A DNA stretch of 32,000 nt from Corynebacterium amycolatum (GTDB lineage: Bacteria; Actinomycetota; Actinomycetes; Mycobacteriales; Mycobacteriaceae). The stretch lies in NCBI RefSeq assembly GCF_049243625.1, contig NZ_CP046975.1; one strand, given 5' to 3'. Shown here in pieces: positions 1-9,733 of this stretch (position 1 is its first letter; each line of letters starts with the position of its first letter). The notes beneath the pieces are model-generated. The model ran no database searches and was not told where the DNA came from. It worked only from the letters and a program-made list of their open reading frames with translations. The translations under genes and the position numbers were made by a program.

Positions 1-16
1 GATTTCATCACCGCCC

Positions 17-1144
17 ATGTCAGCTGCCCGCAAGCGCGTAACTCCCGGTTCTCTTTTGCCTCAGTTTCCGTGGGATTCTCTCACGCGGGCGAAAGCCACT
101 GTGGCTGCGCATGAAGAGGGCATGGTGAATCTCTCGGTCGGCACACCGGTCGATGAAGTCGCGTCGATAATCCGGCAGGGCCTTTCCGAAGGCGCTGCCG
201 CACCGGGTTATCCTCAGACCGTCGGCACGCCTGAGTTACGCGCGGCGATTGTTGCAGCGATGGCGCGGCGTTACGGCGTGACGGGACTGGAGTCAGCGGT
301 CAACGGCGGCAATGTGCTTCCGGTCATCGGTACCAAGGAAGCGATTGGCTGGCTTCCTTTCCTCCTCGGTGTGGGCGTGGGGCATACCGTCGTCATCCCC
401 GAGCTGGCATATCCCACCTACGAGGTTGGCGTTCGCATCGCAGGCGCTGAGCTGCTGCGTGCGGACTCGCTGACGCAAATCGGCCCCGCCTCGCCGACAC
501 TGATGTTCATCAATTCCCCGGGCAACCCCAACGGCAAGGTCCTCGGTGTTGAACACCTGCGCAAGGTGGTTGAGTGGGCTCGTGCTCGGGACGTCATCGT
601 CGCCTCTGACGAGTGCTATCTGGGGCTCGGTTGGACTGAACAGCCAGTCAGTATTCTCGACCCGCGAGTGTGCGACGGTGATTTCACCAACCTGCTGGCT
701 ATCCACTCACTGTCCAAGACGTCGAACATGGCGTCGTACCGCACCGGCTGGTTCGCCGGCGATGCGGACCTTATTGCCGAGCTGGTTTCCGTGCGCCGTC
801 ACATGGGACTGATGATGCCGGGACCCATCCAGCACGCCACGATCGCCGCGCTTAACGACGACTCCCACGAGGCCGAACAAAAGCAGCGTTACAGTGACCG
901 CCGTGAGATTCTGCGGGATGCACTGGTAGCCGCAGGTTTTCGTGTCGATGACTCCGAGGGCGGGCTCTATCTGTGGGTTACTCGCGGGGAAGACTGCTGG
1001 CAGACGGTTGATTGGCTGGCCGAACGCGGCATCCTGGTCGCGCCGGGTAGCTTCTACGGCCCCAAGGGTGCACAGCACGTGCGGGTGGGGCTCACAGCGA
1101 CGCTCGACGATATCGAAGTGGCCGCGGCGCGCATTCGCGGCTAG
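17..1144 (+). CDS. dapC: Succinyldiaminopimelate aminotransferase (fold-type I PLP aminotransferase)
   Basis: 375-aa ORF. PLP-lysine region IHSLSKTSNMASYRTGW and NSPGNPNG motif. Sits at the head of a dapD/dapE cluster, as in Corynebacterium and Mycobacterium. Confidence 0.8.
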   Translation: MSAARKRVTPGSLLPQFPWDSLTRAKATVAAHEEGMVNLSVGTPVDEVASIIRQGLSEGAAAPGYPQTVGTPELRAAIVAAMARRYGVTGLESAVNGGNVLPVIGTKEAIGWLPFLLGVGVGHTVVIPELAYPTYEVGVRIAGAELLRADSLTQIGPASPTLMFINSPGNPNGKVLGVEHLRKVVEWARARDVIVASDECYLGLGWTEQPVSILDPRVCDGDFTNLLAIHSLSKTSNMASYRTGWFAGDADLIAELVSVRRHMGLMMPGPIQHATIAALNDDSHEAEQKQRYSDRREILRDALVAAGFRVDDSEGGLYLWVTRGEDCWQTVDWLAERGILVAPGSFYGPKGAQHVRVGLTATLDDIEVAAARIRG

Positions 1145-1168
1145 CTCGGCCAGATGTGCTGGCCCGAG
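1145..1168 (+). terminator. Possible stem-loop right after the dapC stop
   Basis: CTCGGCCAG-atgtg-CTGGCCCGAG, a 9-bp stem with one bulged C. No U tract. Confidence 0.3.
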
Positions 1169-1233
1169 TAGGCCGAATGCTGCAAACGGTGCCGACATCG
1201 GCATAGACCAAATCATAAAAAGGGGAGTGTGCC

Positions 1234-2178
1234 GTGGGACGTGCCGCAGGCAATCGCGATGCCTGGTGGGGACTTGAGAAGAACCGTCAGGCAGCGCAAG
1301 TCGATGCCGCCGCTCACGAGCGCGAGGAGTACATCCCCTTTGAGCCGGCAATTGTGGCCGACACTGATGAGTTTTTGGTCGTAGACAAGCCACCTTTTCT
1401 GCCAGCGACCCCCAATGGCCGCATCGTGGCCAATACCGTGCAGGAGCGCCTGCGACGTAGTCTCGGGGAATCGGAGATTGTGGCCGTTCACCGCCTGGAC
1501 CTGCTGACCAGCGGGCTCCTGTTGCTCTCTCGGAATCCGGCTACCCGTGCGCGCTACCAGCAGCTTTTCCAAAACCAGGAAATCACCAAAGAATACGAAT
1601 GCCTCACCGTGATGCCCGATGATTGGCATGCGGGAGAAAGCAGGGAAGTCACACTCCTGCTCGACCCCAACCCGGCAGAGCACGGAGTAAAAGTTGTGGA
1701 GACCAATGATCCCGCACGCGCCGCTGCGAAGAATCCCAAGCTCAAGCTCGCACACACAACAGTGACCTTCCTAGGTCCGGTAGCGGCGGATATCGGCGAT
1801 GTGCTGGCGAGCAGCCGTGGCGGTGGTGCGACCAGCGCCAGCATTCCGCTGCATGCAGTCGGCTGTGGTTGCGGGCATTGCGGCAGCCGCATGCAGGTAG
1901 GGCACTGGCGGCTACAGCCCCATACGGGCCGCACACATCAGCTGCGGGCGACGATGGACTGGCTAGGCTATCCCATTCTCGGTGAGGACACGTATGGCCG
2001 AGAGGTTAGGACGCAGGAGCCGTCGGCAAGCGCGGGCAGCGCGCCAAGGTACACGCCGCAGTTGCGCCTGACGGCGACCGCATTGGCGTTCATCGACCCC
2101 GTCACTGGTGAGCGATGTGCCTACCGGAGCGCGCGGAATATTTCGGCCCCGGCAGACGTGCCGACCACCGTTAGTTAG
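1234..2178 (+). CDS. RluA-family pseudouridine synthase
   Basis: Catalytic-Asp motif [15 protein letters not shown] and HTGRTHQLR motif. GTG start 7 nt after AAGGGGA. Confidence 0.7.
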   Translation: MGRAAGNRDAWWGLEKNRQAAQVDAAAHEREEYIPFEPAIVADTDEFLVVDKPPFLPATPNGRIVANTVQERLRRSLGESEIVAVHRLDLLTSGLLLLSRNPATRARYQQLFQNQEITKEYECLTVMPDDWHAGESREVTLLLDPNPAEHGVKVVETNDPARAAAKNPKLKLAHTTVTFLGPVAADIGDVLASSRGGGATSASIPLHAVGCGCGHCGSRMQVGHWRLQPHTGRTHQLRATMDWLGYPILGEDTYGREVRTQEPSASAGSAPRYTPQLRLTATALAFIDPVTGERCAYRSARNISAPADVPTTVS

Positions 2179-3142
2179 CGTGCAGCTCGGCGCTGAGCTT
2201 CACCTTTTCGGCAGCCCACGGCACAACCTCGACTGCACCAGAGAGTGAATTGCGGCGGAAGAGCATATTCGATCCGCCCGAAAGCTCGCGGGCCTTGAGC
2301 GTCTTCTTCACGCCGTCCAGGGCAACGTGACACTTGGTGCCGGCGGTGATGTAGAGCCCGGCTTCCAGTACGCAGTCATCGCCGAGCGAGATGCCGAGTC
2401 CAGCGTTCGCACCGAGTAGGCATCGCTTGCCGACGGACACAACTTCCTTACCTCCGCCGGATAGTGTGCCCATGATGGACGCTCCACCGCCGATATCGGA
2501 GCCGTCGTCGACGATGACGCCCTGGGAGATACGGCCTTCCACCATGGAGTGTCCAAGCGTGCCTGCGTTGAAGTTGACGAAGCCCTCGTGCATAACTGTG
2601 GTGCCCTCAGCGAGGTGGGCTCCAAGGCGCACGCGGTCAGCGTCACCGATGCGGACTCCGGTGGGAGTGACGTAGTCGACCATGCGGGGGAATTTATCGA
2701 TGGAGTAGACGGTGACAGGCCCGCGGCGTGACAGCTTGGCTCGGGTTACCTCGAAGCCTTCGACAGCACAGGGGCCAAAATTGGTCCACGCCACATTGTT
2801 GAGCTTGCCGAAGATACCGTCCAGGTTGATGCTGTTGGGCACAACCAGGCGGTGGGAGAGCAGATGGAGGCGCAGGTAGGCATCGATGGTGTCGACTGGT
2901 GCGTCATCGAGTGAAGCGATGGTAGCTGTGACCAGACGGCGTGTGGTACCGCGGTCCGCATCGGCTACGGCCAGGTCTGCGAGGTAGGTGAAATCTTCGG
3001 GGAGCGCGTCGGTGTCAATGGTTCCGGTCGTGGTGGAGGTTGCCGTGCCCTCTTCGATGAGCTTGGGGGCGGGGAACCAGACGTCGAGAACAGTATCGTT
3101 GTTAAAAGTGGCAATGCCGGTAGCTTGTGCTCCAAATTTCAT
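2171..3142 (-). CDS. dapD: Tetrahydrodipicolinate N-succinyltransferase
   Basis: 323 aa. N-terminus [28 protein letters not shown] plus a C-terminal left-handed beta-helix hexapeptide region, typical of actinobacterial DapD. dap cluster context. Confidence 0.85.
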   Translation of the reverse strand: MKFGAQATGIATFNNDTVLDVWFPAPKLIEEGTATSTTTGTIDTDALPEDFTYLADLAVADADRGTTRRLVTATIASLDDAPVDTIDAYLRLHLLSHRLVVPNSINLDGIFGKLNNVAWTNFGPCAVEGFEVTRAKLSRRGPVTVYSIDKFPRMVDYVTPTGVRIGDADRVRLGAHLAEGTTVMHEGFVNFNAGTLGHSMVEGRISQGVIVDDGSDIGGGASIMGTLSGGGKEVVSVGKRCLLGANAGLGISLGDDCVLEAGLYITAGTKCHVALDGVKKTLKARELSGGSNMLFRRNSLSGAVEVVPWAAEKVKLSAELHAN

Positions 3143-3258
3143 GGAAAACAGGCTACCGGCATATCCCTATCTATGAAAAGTGTTCCGCAAATGTGTAGTA
3201 AGGAAGTGTTCGGATAGGGGTAGCAGGGCGGTTAGGCCCTGCGATTAGTTGTCATGGG

Positions 3259-4677
3259 CTAGTTGCTATCGCTGGGCTCGAAGGCCTCGCGAGCCGCGGT
3301 GCGGCTCTTCTTAGTCAGTGCAGCGAGCACCGCAAGGAACGCAGTAACACACACTACGGCGATAACCTGCTGGCGAGCACCAGAATCGGTGAGCATGCCA
3401 ACAGCGAGGCCCAGGATCAGGATGACCGCTACCCAGGACAGTGCCGGGTAGGCCCACATGCGAACGGAAAGCTCGTTGTTGGCCTCCATCTGCGGGCGCA
3501 GCTTAATCTCGGACAGGGCAATGACCAGCCAGATCACCAGCAAGCAGCCGCCGACAGCGTTCAGCAGGAAGACCAGGACACTCGAGCCGTCGAAGACAAC
3601 CTGCAGGCCAACAGAGACGAAGGCGAAGACCATCGACATGATGACCGCACGGTTCGGAACTGCGTGCTCATTGGTGTGGGCGAAGAAGCGCGGTGCCTCA
3701 CCGCGGGTGGACATCGAGTAGACCAGGCGAGAGGTGGCGTAAATCTGAGCGTTGAATGCGGACAGCAGCGCCAGAACGATAATGGCCTCCATGAAGCCAA
3801 CCGCACCTGGAATGTTCGCCTGCTTTAGAACCTGGGTGAACGGCGACTCAGCTGCGGAGTCAGCGCCGTCGATCTGGGAGTACGGCAACAGCAGGATGAT
3901 GACGGTCACGCAGCCCAGGTAGAACACAGAGATGCGGAAGATTACCGAGCGGACAGCAGCAGCGATGGAGCGCTGCGGATCCTCGGCCTCAGCAGCGGCA
4001 ATCGTGACAATCTCGATACCGCCGAAGGCGAAGGCCACAGCCAACAGACCAGCGGCAATGCCGGAAACGCCATTCGGGAGGAATCCGGATTCGGCAATAT
4101 GCGTCGTACCGACGAAGCTGGTACCTGGCAGCAGACCGAAGAAAAGAAGGACGCCAATAACCAAGAACGCGATAATCACCGCGACCTTGATGAACGCGAA
4201 CCAGAACTCAAACTCGCCGAAACCGCGCACATTCGCCAAATTCACTACAGCGAAGAAGACAACACAAATCAGGCCTGGAATCCAGCCCGGAATACCGAAC
4301 CACGCACCCATGATGGCACCGGCGCCGGTGATTTCAGCACCGAGCACCATGATGAGCATGAACCAGTAGAGCCAACCGAGGACAAAGCCAGCCGAAGAAC
4401 CAAAGGCCATCTCAGCATAGGTGGAGAAGCTACCCGGTGTCGGGCGGGCAGCGGCCATCTCGCCGAGCATCTGCATGACGAGGACGACAATGAAGCCAGC
4501 GATGACGTAGGAAATGAGAACACCCGGGCCAGCTGCCTTAATGCCGACGCCCGTACCAAGGAAAAGACCGGCACCGATTGCGGAGCCAAGACCCATCATG
4601 GTCAGGTGTCGAACCTGCAGCCCCTTGCCCAGCTGAGTTGTCTCGCCGGAGGTGGAGGTAATTTGCGATTCGGTCAT
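3259..4677 (-). CDS. aroP: APC-family amino acid permease (aromatic amino acid permease-like)
   Basis: 472 aa, about 12 hydrophobic segments. N-terminal signature LQVRHLTMMGLGSAIGAGLFLGTGVGI is typical of the AAT family. The symbol rests on remembered C. glutamicum synteny (permease between dapD and dapD2), not on specificity evidence. Confidence 0.6.
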   Translation of the reverse strand: MTESQITSTSGETTQLGKGLQVRHLTMMGLGSAIGAGLFLGTGVGIKAAGPGVLISYVIAGFIVVLVMQMLGEMAAARPTPGSFSTYAEMAFGSSAGFVLGWLYWFMLIMVLGAEITGAGAIMGAWFGIPGWIPGLICVVFFAVVNLANVRGFGEFEFWFAFIKVAVIIAFLVIGVLLFFGLLPGTSFVGTTHIAESGFLPNGVSGIAAGLLAVAFAFGGIEIVTIAAAEAEDPQRSIAAAVRSVIFRISVFYLGCVTVIILLLPYSQIDGADSAAESPFTQVLKQANIPGAVGFMEAIIVLALLSAFNAQIYATSRLVYSMSTRGEAPRFFAHTNEHAVPNRAVIMSMVFAFVSVGLQVVFDGSSVLVFLLNAVGGCLLVIWLVIALSEIKLRPQMEANNELSVRMWAYPALSWVAVILILGLAVGMLTDSGARQQVIAVVCVTAFLAVLAALTKKSRTAAREAFEPSDSN

Positions 4678-4785
4678 GTCGCAAACATTACCTCGCTGAT
4701 AACAGGGGCAATAACCGTATTACGGGTTTACCCCCATTCACCGTTTCGGGGTCCATTAATGTGCCTTCAAGACACCTAAAGTAGG

Positions 4786-5778
4786 TTATCCGGCCAGCTC
4801 ATCCGGCACGTCGGCAAGCTGAGTGAAAGTAGCGGCACCTTCGTCATTGCCCGGGCGTTCCGTGCGGCGGACGCACACCGCCGAGTGGTCCGGGTGATGG
4901 TAGAAGTGCATATTGTTGCGGCCGGAGATTTCCCATGCCTGAATACGGCGGTTCTCTGCGGGGACATCGATGGGCGTATCGGGGGCAATGAGGATGCTTC
5001 GGTCAATAATGCAGTCATTACCGAGGCTGACGCCGACGGTGCCGGCCGCGATATCGATGTGGCAGCGCTCGCCAACCGTGAGCGGCTTACGCTGACCGGA
5101 ATCGTCGTGAGCGGCAATGATGGAGGCCGACAGCCCCACCTTCGTGTGCGCGCCAATGACAACACCGGAGGATAGACGTCCCTCAATCTTGCATGGGCCC
5201 AGAGTGCCCGAGTTCAGCGAGACAAATCCCTCGCGCAGTACTGACGTACCCGGTGCCAGATAAGCGCCCAACCGCACGCGCTCGGCCTCTGCAATGCGGA
5301 CACCTGCGGGCAGCACATAGTCGACCATGCGCGGCATACGGTCGATGGCGTAGACGTGAATCAGGCCGCGGACGCGCAAGTGGGTACGCAGTTGCTCGAA
5401 GTTGTCCGGCAGGCATGGCCCCTTGTTGGTCCACGCCACGACGTGGAGCAGCTCGTAGAGCCCCTTGGTGTTTAGCTGGTGCGGCTTGACCAGGCGGTGG
5501 GAGAGCAAATGCAGGCGCAGGTAGGCATCGTGCGGGTCGACAGCCGGCTTGGACAAATCCTCAATGGACGTGCGCACTGCCACCTGCTCCACGCGGCGAT
5601 CCTCGTCCAAAATCACCTGACGAAGCAGCTGTGGGGTCAAATCAGCGGCGCCGAGCCGGTGAGTGCTCGACTCTACGACCTCATCGCTTAACTGAGGTGC
5701 GGGAAACCAAGTATCGAGAACTGTACCGTCCATTGCGATGTTGGCGATTCCCGTAGCGACAGCACCAGATGTAATCAT
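4786..5778 (-). CDS. dapD2: DapD paralog (tetrahydrodipicolinate N-succinyltransferase-like)
   Basis: 330 aa, colinear with the dapD product: [42 protein letters not shown], then hexapeptide repeats. Clearly divergent in the C-terminal third. Confidence 0.7.
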   Translation of the reverse strand: MITSGAVATGIANIAMDGTVLDTWFPAPQLSDEVVESSTHRLGAADLTPQLLRQVILDEDRRVEQVAVRTSIEDLSKPAVDPHDAYLRLHLLSHRLVKPHQLNTKGLYELLHVVAWTNKGPCLPDNFEQLRTHLRVRGLIHVYAIDRMPRMVDYVLPAGVRIAEAERVRLGAYLAPGTSVLREGFVSLNSGTLGPCKIEGRLSSGVVIGAHTKVGLSASIIAAHDDSGQRKPLTVGERCHIDIAAGTVGVSLGNDCIIDRSILIAPDTPIDVPAENRRIQAWEISGRNNMHFYHHPDHSAVCVRRTERPGNDEGAATFTQLADVPDELAG

Positions 5779-5828
5779 GATTCTTAATATTAGTATCCCT
5801 TAGAGGAATCTTCGCGGAAGGATGAACT

Positions 5829-6752
5829 ATGCCCCTAGCTGGCCTTGAAAGCACACAGAAAATGAAGCAGTGGTTCTTAGTTAGCCTCATCATTGCTGTC
5901 AGTGTGCTCGGACTCGGCTTCGTCCTGGCCCTGCCGGTGGTCTTCTATGTCGGATTCGCACTGCTGAGTGCTTGGATTCTTGCCGTAGCCAGCTTCTTTG
6001 GTTTCGTTTTGCCACCGCGAGCAATGCCAATTGGGGCAGTCGGCGTGGTGATTGCCGCAGTGGTTGCGCTCATCGCGCCGAACCGTCTTGTGCTGGTTAT
6101 CGCAGTTGCCATCGCAGTGGGGCTCGGTGGTGGCATGATCGCCCGTCTTCTGCTGGAGCGCAAGAACCGCGATCAGCAGGCACGCATCGACGCTCTGCCA
6201 ATGTGGGAGCGCGATGAGCTGGGCGATGTCGCCGAAACGCTTCGTCCTGCTTATCGACGAGACATCGATCCCACTCCAGTGCAGCTGCCACATGCAACGG
6301 CCAAGATTGTCGCGGCCGTCTGCAAGCCGTTGGCCGGTTCTACGGTGATTGTCAGCACGAATGAGCTTCGTCCGGTGATTGCGGTCTATGGCTCCCGTGT
6401 GGCTGTGGTCTATGGACCCGGCGCGGGCGTTGTCGAGGAAGAAAGCGGCAACGGAGAGGTGACCGATTCTGCGGGGGAGGAGCGGGCGCTGGGGTCGTCG
6501 GCAAGCGAAACTCCGGAGGAAATCATTGCCCAAACTCTCCCGGAAGGAGCGAAAACCCTGGTCTTTGAGGTGGCTGATGGGCTTAAGCGTCCGGCGGAGG
6601 GGAGAGTTGGTGTGACCTCCGCCGAACCGCATGAGCTGGCGCTGTTCCTCGGCGGTGGCGCGCCTGCCAATGGGGATGCGATCAATGGTCGTGCGGCGCA
6701 TATTCATCACAAAATTCTGGTTTCGCTGGCGCACAATGGTTTGTACGCTTAA
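5829..6752 (+). CDS. Hypothetical membrane protein (about 4 N-terminal TM helices plus an acidic soluble C-terminal domain)
   Basis: Hydrophobic N-terminal 110 aa. GGAAGGA RBS about 8 nt upstream of the ATG. Its stop lies 5 nt before the dapE start. The opposite-strand ORF 5877-6734 is R/H-rich junk. Confidence 0.6.
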   Translation: MPLAGLESTQKMKQWFLVSLIIAVSVLGLGFVLALPVVFYVGFALLSAWILAVASFFGFVLPPRAMPIGAVGVVIAAVVALIAPNRLVLVIAVAIAVGLGGGMIARLLLERKNRDQQARIDALPMWERDELGDVAETLRPAYRRDIDPTPVQLPHATAKIVAAVCKPLAGSTVIVSTNELRPVIAVYGSRVAVVYGPGAGVVEEESGNGEVTDSAGEERALGSSASETPEEIIAQTLPEGAKTLVFEVADGLKRPAEGRVGVTSAEPHELALFLGGGAPANGDAINGRAAHIHHKILVSLAHNGLYA

Positions 6753-6757
6753 TTGAT

Positions 6758-7894
6758 GTGAAATCGAAGTTAAATCTGCTCCAAGATCCTGTCGACCTCA
6801 CGGCGGCACTGGTTGACATCGAATCGGTGTCCCACAATGAGACCGCGATTGCGGATGCCGTCGAGGTGGCATTGCGTGAGGTAGCGCAGGCAGATAAGTC
6901 GATTGAGGTCCTGCGCATCGATAACAACGTGATTGCGCGGACTCATCGCGGGTTGCCGCAGCGCGTGATTTTGGCAGGGCACCTGGATACGGTGCCGACT
7001 GCGGGCAATGTGCCTTCGACGCGTGGGGTAGACGCGCAGGGGAGAGACACGCTCTTTGGCTGCGGAACTGTGGATATGAAAAGCGGGGACGCGGTCTATC
7101 TGCATGCTTTTGCGACGCTAGCGGCAAACCAGGAGCTGCAGCGCGACCTGACGCTCATCATGTACGAATGCGAAGAAATCGCCGCGGAGTTCAACGGGTT
7201 GCGGCACTTGAGTGAGTCGCATCCGGAGCTTCTGACTGGCGATGTCGCTCTGCTGGGCGAGCCCAGCGGCAATGTCATCGAAGCCGGTTGTCAGGGCTCT
7301 ATTCGCCTGCGTTTGACCGCTCACGGCACACGTGCGCACTCGGCTCGGGCGTGGCTCGGCGACAATGCCGTGCACAAGTTAGCGCCGGTGCTGTCACGCA
7401 TTGCCGCCTATGAACCGCAGACTGTGGACATCGATGGCTTGGCCTACCGCGAAGGGCTCAACGTCGTCTGGCTGGAAGCCGGGGTTGCTACCAATACGCT
7501 TCCCGACGAGGCGGTGCTGCGAGTCAACTTCCGATTCGCGCCCAACCGCAGCGCCGATGAGGCTATGGCACACTTCCGCGAGGTGCTGGGGCTCGACGAG
7601 TTCGCGGCCGAGGACCTCACTGTCGATGTCGAGGATGTGAGCCCTGGGGCGCTGCCTGGACTGCATGCGGCTGCTGCGAAGGAGTTGGTTGCGGTCGCAG
7701 GCGACGTCGTAAAGCCCAAGTTTGGGTGGACCGATGTGGCGCGTTTTTCGGCGCTCGGCATTCCTGCGGTGAACTTTGGCCCGGGTGACCCGGCGTACTG
7801 CCACAAGAAGGATGAGCAGATTCCGGTCGAGTGCATAGCGGCACTGTGGGAGGATTTGCGGCGGTATTTGACCACCGCGCCGGTGGCTGAGTGA
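6758..7894 (+). CDS. dapE: Succinyl-diaminopimelate desuccinylase (M20 peptidase)
   Basis: 378 aa. Metal-binding motifs AGHLDTVP and GCGTVDMKSG plus the GEP motif LLGEPSG. GTG start. Confidence 0.85.
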   Translation: MKSKLNLLQDPVDLTAALVDIESVSHNETAIADAVEVALREVAQADKSIEVLRIDNNVIARTHRGLPQRVILAGHLDTVPTAGNVPSTRGVDAQGRDTLFGCGTVDMKSGDAVYLHAFATLAANQELQRDLTLIMYECEEIAAEFNGLRHLSESHPELLTGDVALLGEPSGNVIEAGCQGSIRLRLTAHGTRAHSARAWLGDNAVHKLAPVLSRIAAYEPQTVDIDGLAYREGLNVVWLEAGVATNTLPDEAVLRVNFRFAPNRSADEAMAHFREVLGLDEFAAEDLTVDVEDVSPGALPGLHAAAAKELVAVAGDVVKPKFGWTDVARFSALGIPAVNFGPGDPAYCHKKDEQIPVECIAALWEDLRRYLTTAPVAE

Positions 7895-7963
7895 GCCTAG
7901 AATCACACCCCGCCCTCGCCGAGCGGGTGCGCGTATGTCATTGCTGGCATACATTGTGAGGTT

Positions 7964-8791
7964 ATGAAACCTGTACGTACTCCGTCCCCAGCTAAGCGCC
8001 GTGCACTCCGCGGCCCAATCGCGATCCGACAGGCAGGCGAACCGCAGGCGTCTACGACCGACCGCAGGCTGTTGTCACACAATCCGAACACGGATTGGCT
8101 GCACAACGATACCTGGCGTGTGCTGCGCATTCAGTCGGAGTTCGTTGACGGCTTTGGTGCGTTGGCGGAAATCCCGCCGGCGGTGACGGTATATGGTTCG
8201 GCACGTCTGCCAGAGGACAGCCCTTACTACCAGTGGGGCTTCGACCTGGGCAAGGCGCTGGCGGAGGCGGGTTACGCGACCATCACTGGTGGCGGCCCGG
8301 GCATCATGGAAGCCGCCAACCGCGGCTGCTACGACGCCGACGGCCTGTCCATTGGGTTGGGCATTGAGCTGCCGCACGAGCAGCACTTGAACGACTGGGT
8401 CGACCTGGGCATGAACTTCCGCTACTTCTTCGTGCGTAAGACCATGTTCCTGAAGTACTCGCAGGCGTTTATTTGCCTGCCGGGTGGTTTCGGCACGCTC
8501 GATGAACTTTTTGAGTCACTGGTGATGGTGCAGACCGAGAAGGTGGAAAATCACCCAATCGTGCTGCTCGGCACTGAGTTCTGGTCGGGGCTGGTTGATT
8601 GGATGCGTGAGAAACTAGTGGCCATGGAGCTAATTTCTCCGACTGATATGGACCTTTTCCTGGTCACCGACTCCATTGAAGAAGCTGTCGAGTACATCGA
8701 GGCCGCGCACGAAAAGCTGATGGAAGACTGTAAGCAGACCTCTGACGTTCGCGAAAAGCTCCGCCGAGTCCGTCGTTTCAGCGAAAGGTAG
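7964..8791 (+). CDS. LOG-family protein (TIGR00730 'lysine decarboxylase-like', cytokinin riboside 5'-monophosphate phosphoribohydrolase family)
   Basis: Motifs TGGGPGIMEAANRG and PGGFGTLDELFE. N-terminal extension as in type-II LOG proteins. GAGG RBS before the ATG. Confidence 0.8.
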   Translation: MKPVRTPSPAKRRALRGPIAIRQAGEPQASTTDRRLLSHNPNTDWLHNDTWRVLRIQSEFVDGFGALAEIPPAVTVYGSARLPEDSPYYQWGFDLGKALAEAGYATITGGGPGIMEAANRGCYDADGLSIGLGIELPHEQHLNDWVDLGMNFRYFFVRKTMFLKYSQAFICLPGGFGTLDELFESLVMVQTEKVENHPIVLLGTEFWSGLVDWMREKLVAMELISPTDMDLFLVTDSIEEAVEYIEAAHEKLMEDCKQTSDVREKLRRVRRFSER

Positions 8792-8797
8792 GACGCT

Positions 8798-9649
8798 GTG
8801 CGGAGCTTTTATCAGGACTCCGCGGTGCCGACGGTGATGGCCATCGTCAATCGCACCCCGGATTCCTTCTATGACCGTGGCGAGACGGCTGCGGAGGAGG
8901 CTGCGCTTGCTCGCGTCGACGAAGTTGTTGCGGCAGGCGCGGGCATTGTCGACATCGGCGGCGTCAAGGCCGGTATCGGTGCAGAAGTAACTGTTGCCGA
9001 GGAAATCGAGCGCGTGGTGCCGACCATCGCGAAGGTTCGCGAGCGCTATCCTGACCTGCACATCAGCGTCGACACCTGGCGCGCAGAAGTCGGAGAGGCC
9101 GCCATCAACGCTGGCGCCAACCTCATTAACGACACTTGGGCGGGCCATGACCCGGAGCTGCTGGAAGTCGCGGGTTCCCACGGGATGGGTTACGTCTGCT
9201 CGCACACCGGTGGGGCTCTGCCACGCACCAATCCGATTCGCGTGCGTTACGACGACATCGTGGACGATGTCATCTCAGAAACCGGCAAACTCGCCCAGAG
9301 GGCAGTGGACGCTGGCGTGCCGGAGGACCGCATCCTCATCGATCCCACCCACGACTTTGGCAAGAACACCTACCACGGCCTCGAACTTCTGCGGCGCTGC
9401 AATGAGCTCGTGGATACAGGCTGGCCGGTGCTTATGGCGCTGTCGAATAAGGACTTCGTCGGTGAGACTCTGGACCGCCCGGTCGAGCAACGTGTGCCCG
9501 GCACCTTGGCCGCGACTGCCCATGCGGCAGCTGCCGGCGTTGCGGTGTTCCGTTCGCATCAGGTGTCCGAAACCCTTGATGTCTGTCGCATGACTCTGGC
9601 TATTTTCGGTGATTTTGCACCACTGCATCCGGTGCGTGGGCTGGTGTAA
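8798..9649 (+). CDS. folP2: Dihydropteroate synthase paralog
   Basis: VMAIVNRTPDSFYDRG, DIGGVKAG and INDTWAG pterin-binding motifs. The LOG gene stop lies 6 nt before the GTG start. The exact start is uncertain (alternative GTG/ATG a few codons in). Confidence 0.8.
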   Translation: MRSFYQDSAVPTVMAIVNRTPDSFYDRGETAAEEAALARVDEVVAAGAGIVDIGGVKAGIGAEVTVAEEIERVVPTIAKVRERYPDLHISVDTWRAEVGEAAINAGANLINDTWAGHDPELLEVAGSHGMGYVCSHTGGALPRTNPIRVRYDDIVDDVISETGKLAQRAVDAGVPEDRILIDPTHDFGKNTYHGLELLRRCNELVDTGWPVLMALSNKDFVGETLDRPVEQRVPGTLAATAHAAAAGVAVFRSHQVSETLDVCRMTLAIFGDFAPLHPVRGLV

Positions 9650-9733
9650 GGGGCGTAGTTTGAGGCGCTTCACCCATGCCGCTGCGTGAAATAAAGGATT
9701 ATGATGAAGAGAAGTAGTCGAAAATGCCGACAG

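Noticed and set aside
3223-3242. Hairpin GCAGGGC-ggttag-GCCCTGC downstream of the permease gene
   Set aside because: It is a 7-bp stem without a U tract on the relevant (minus) strand. That is too weak to call as a terminator.
5877-6734. 285-aa minus-strand ORF opposite the membrane-protein gene
   Set aside because: The sequence is R/H/N/D-rich with no hydrophobic core or motifs. The plus-strand ORF has clear TM helices, an RBS and tight packing against dapE.
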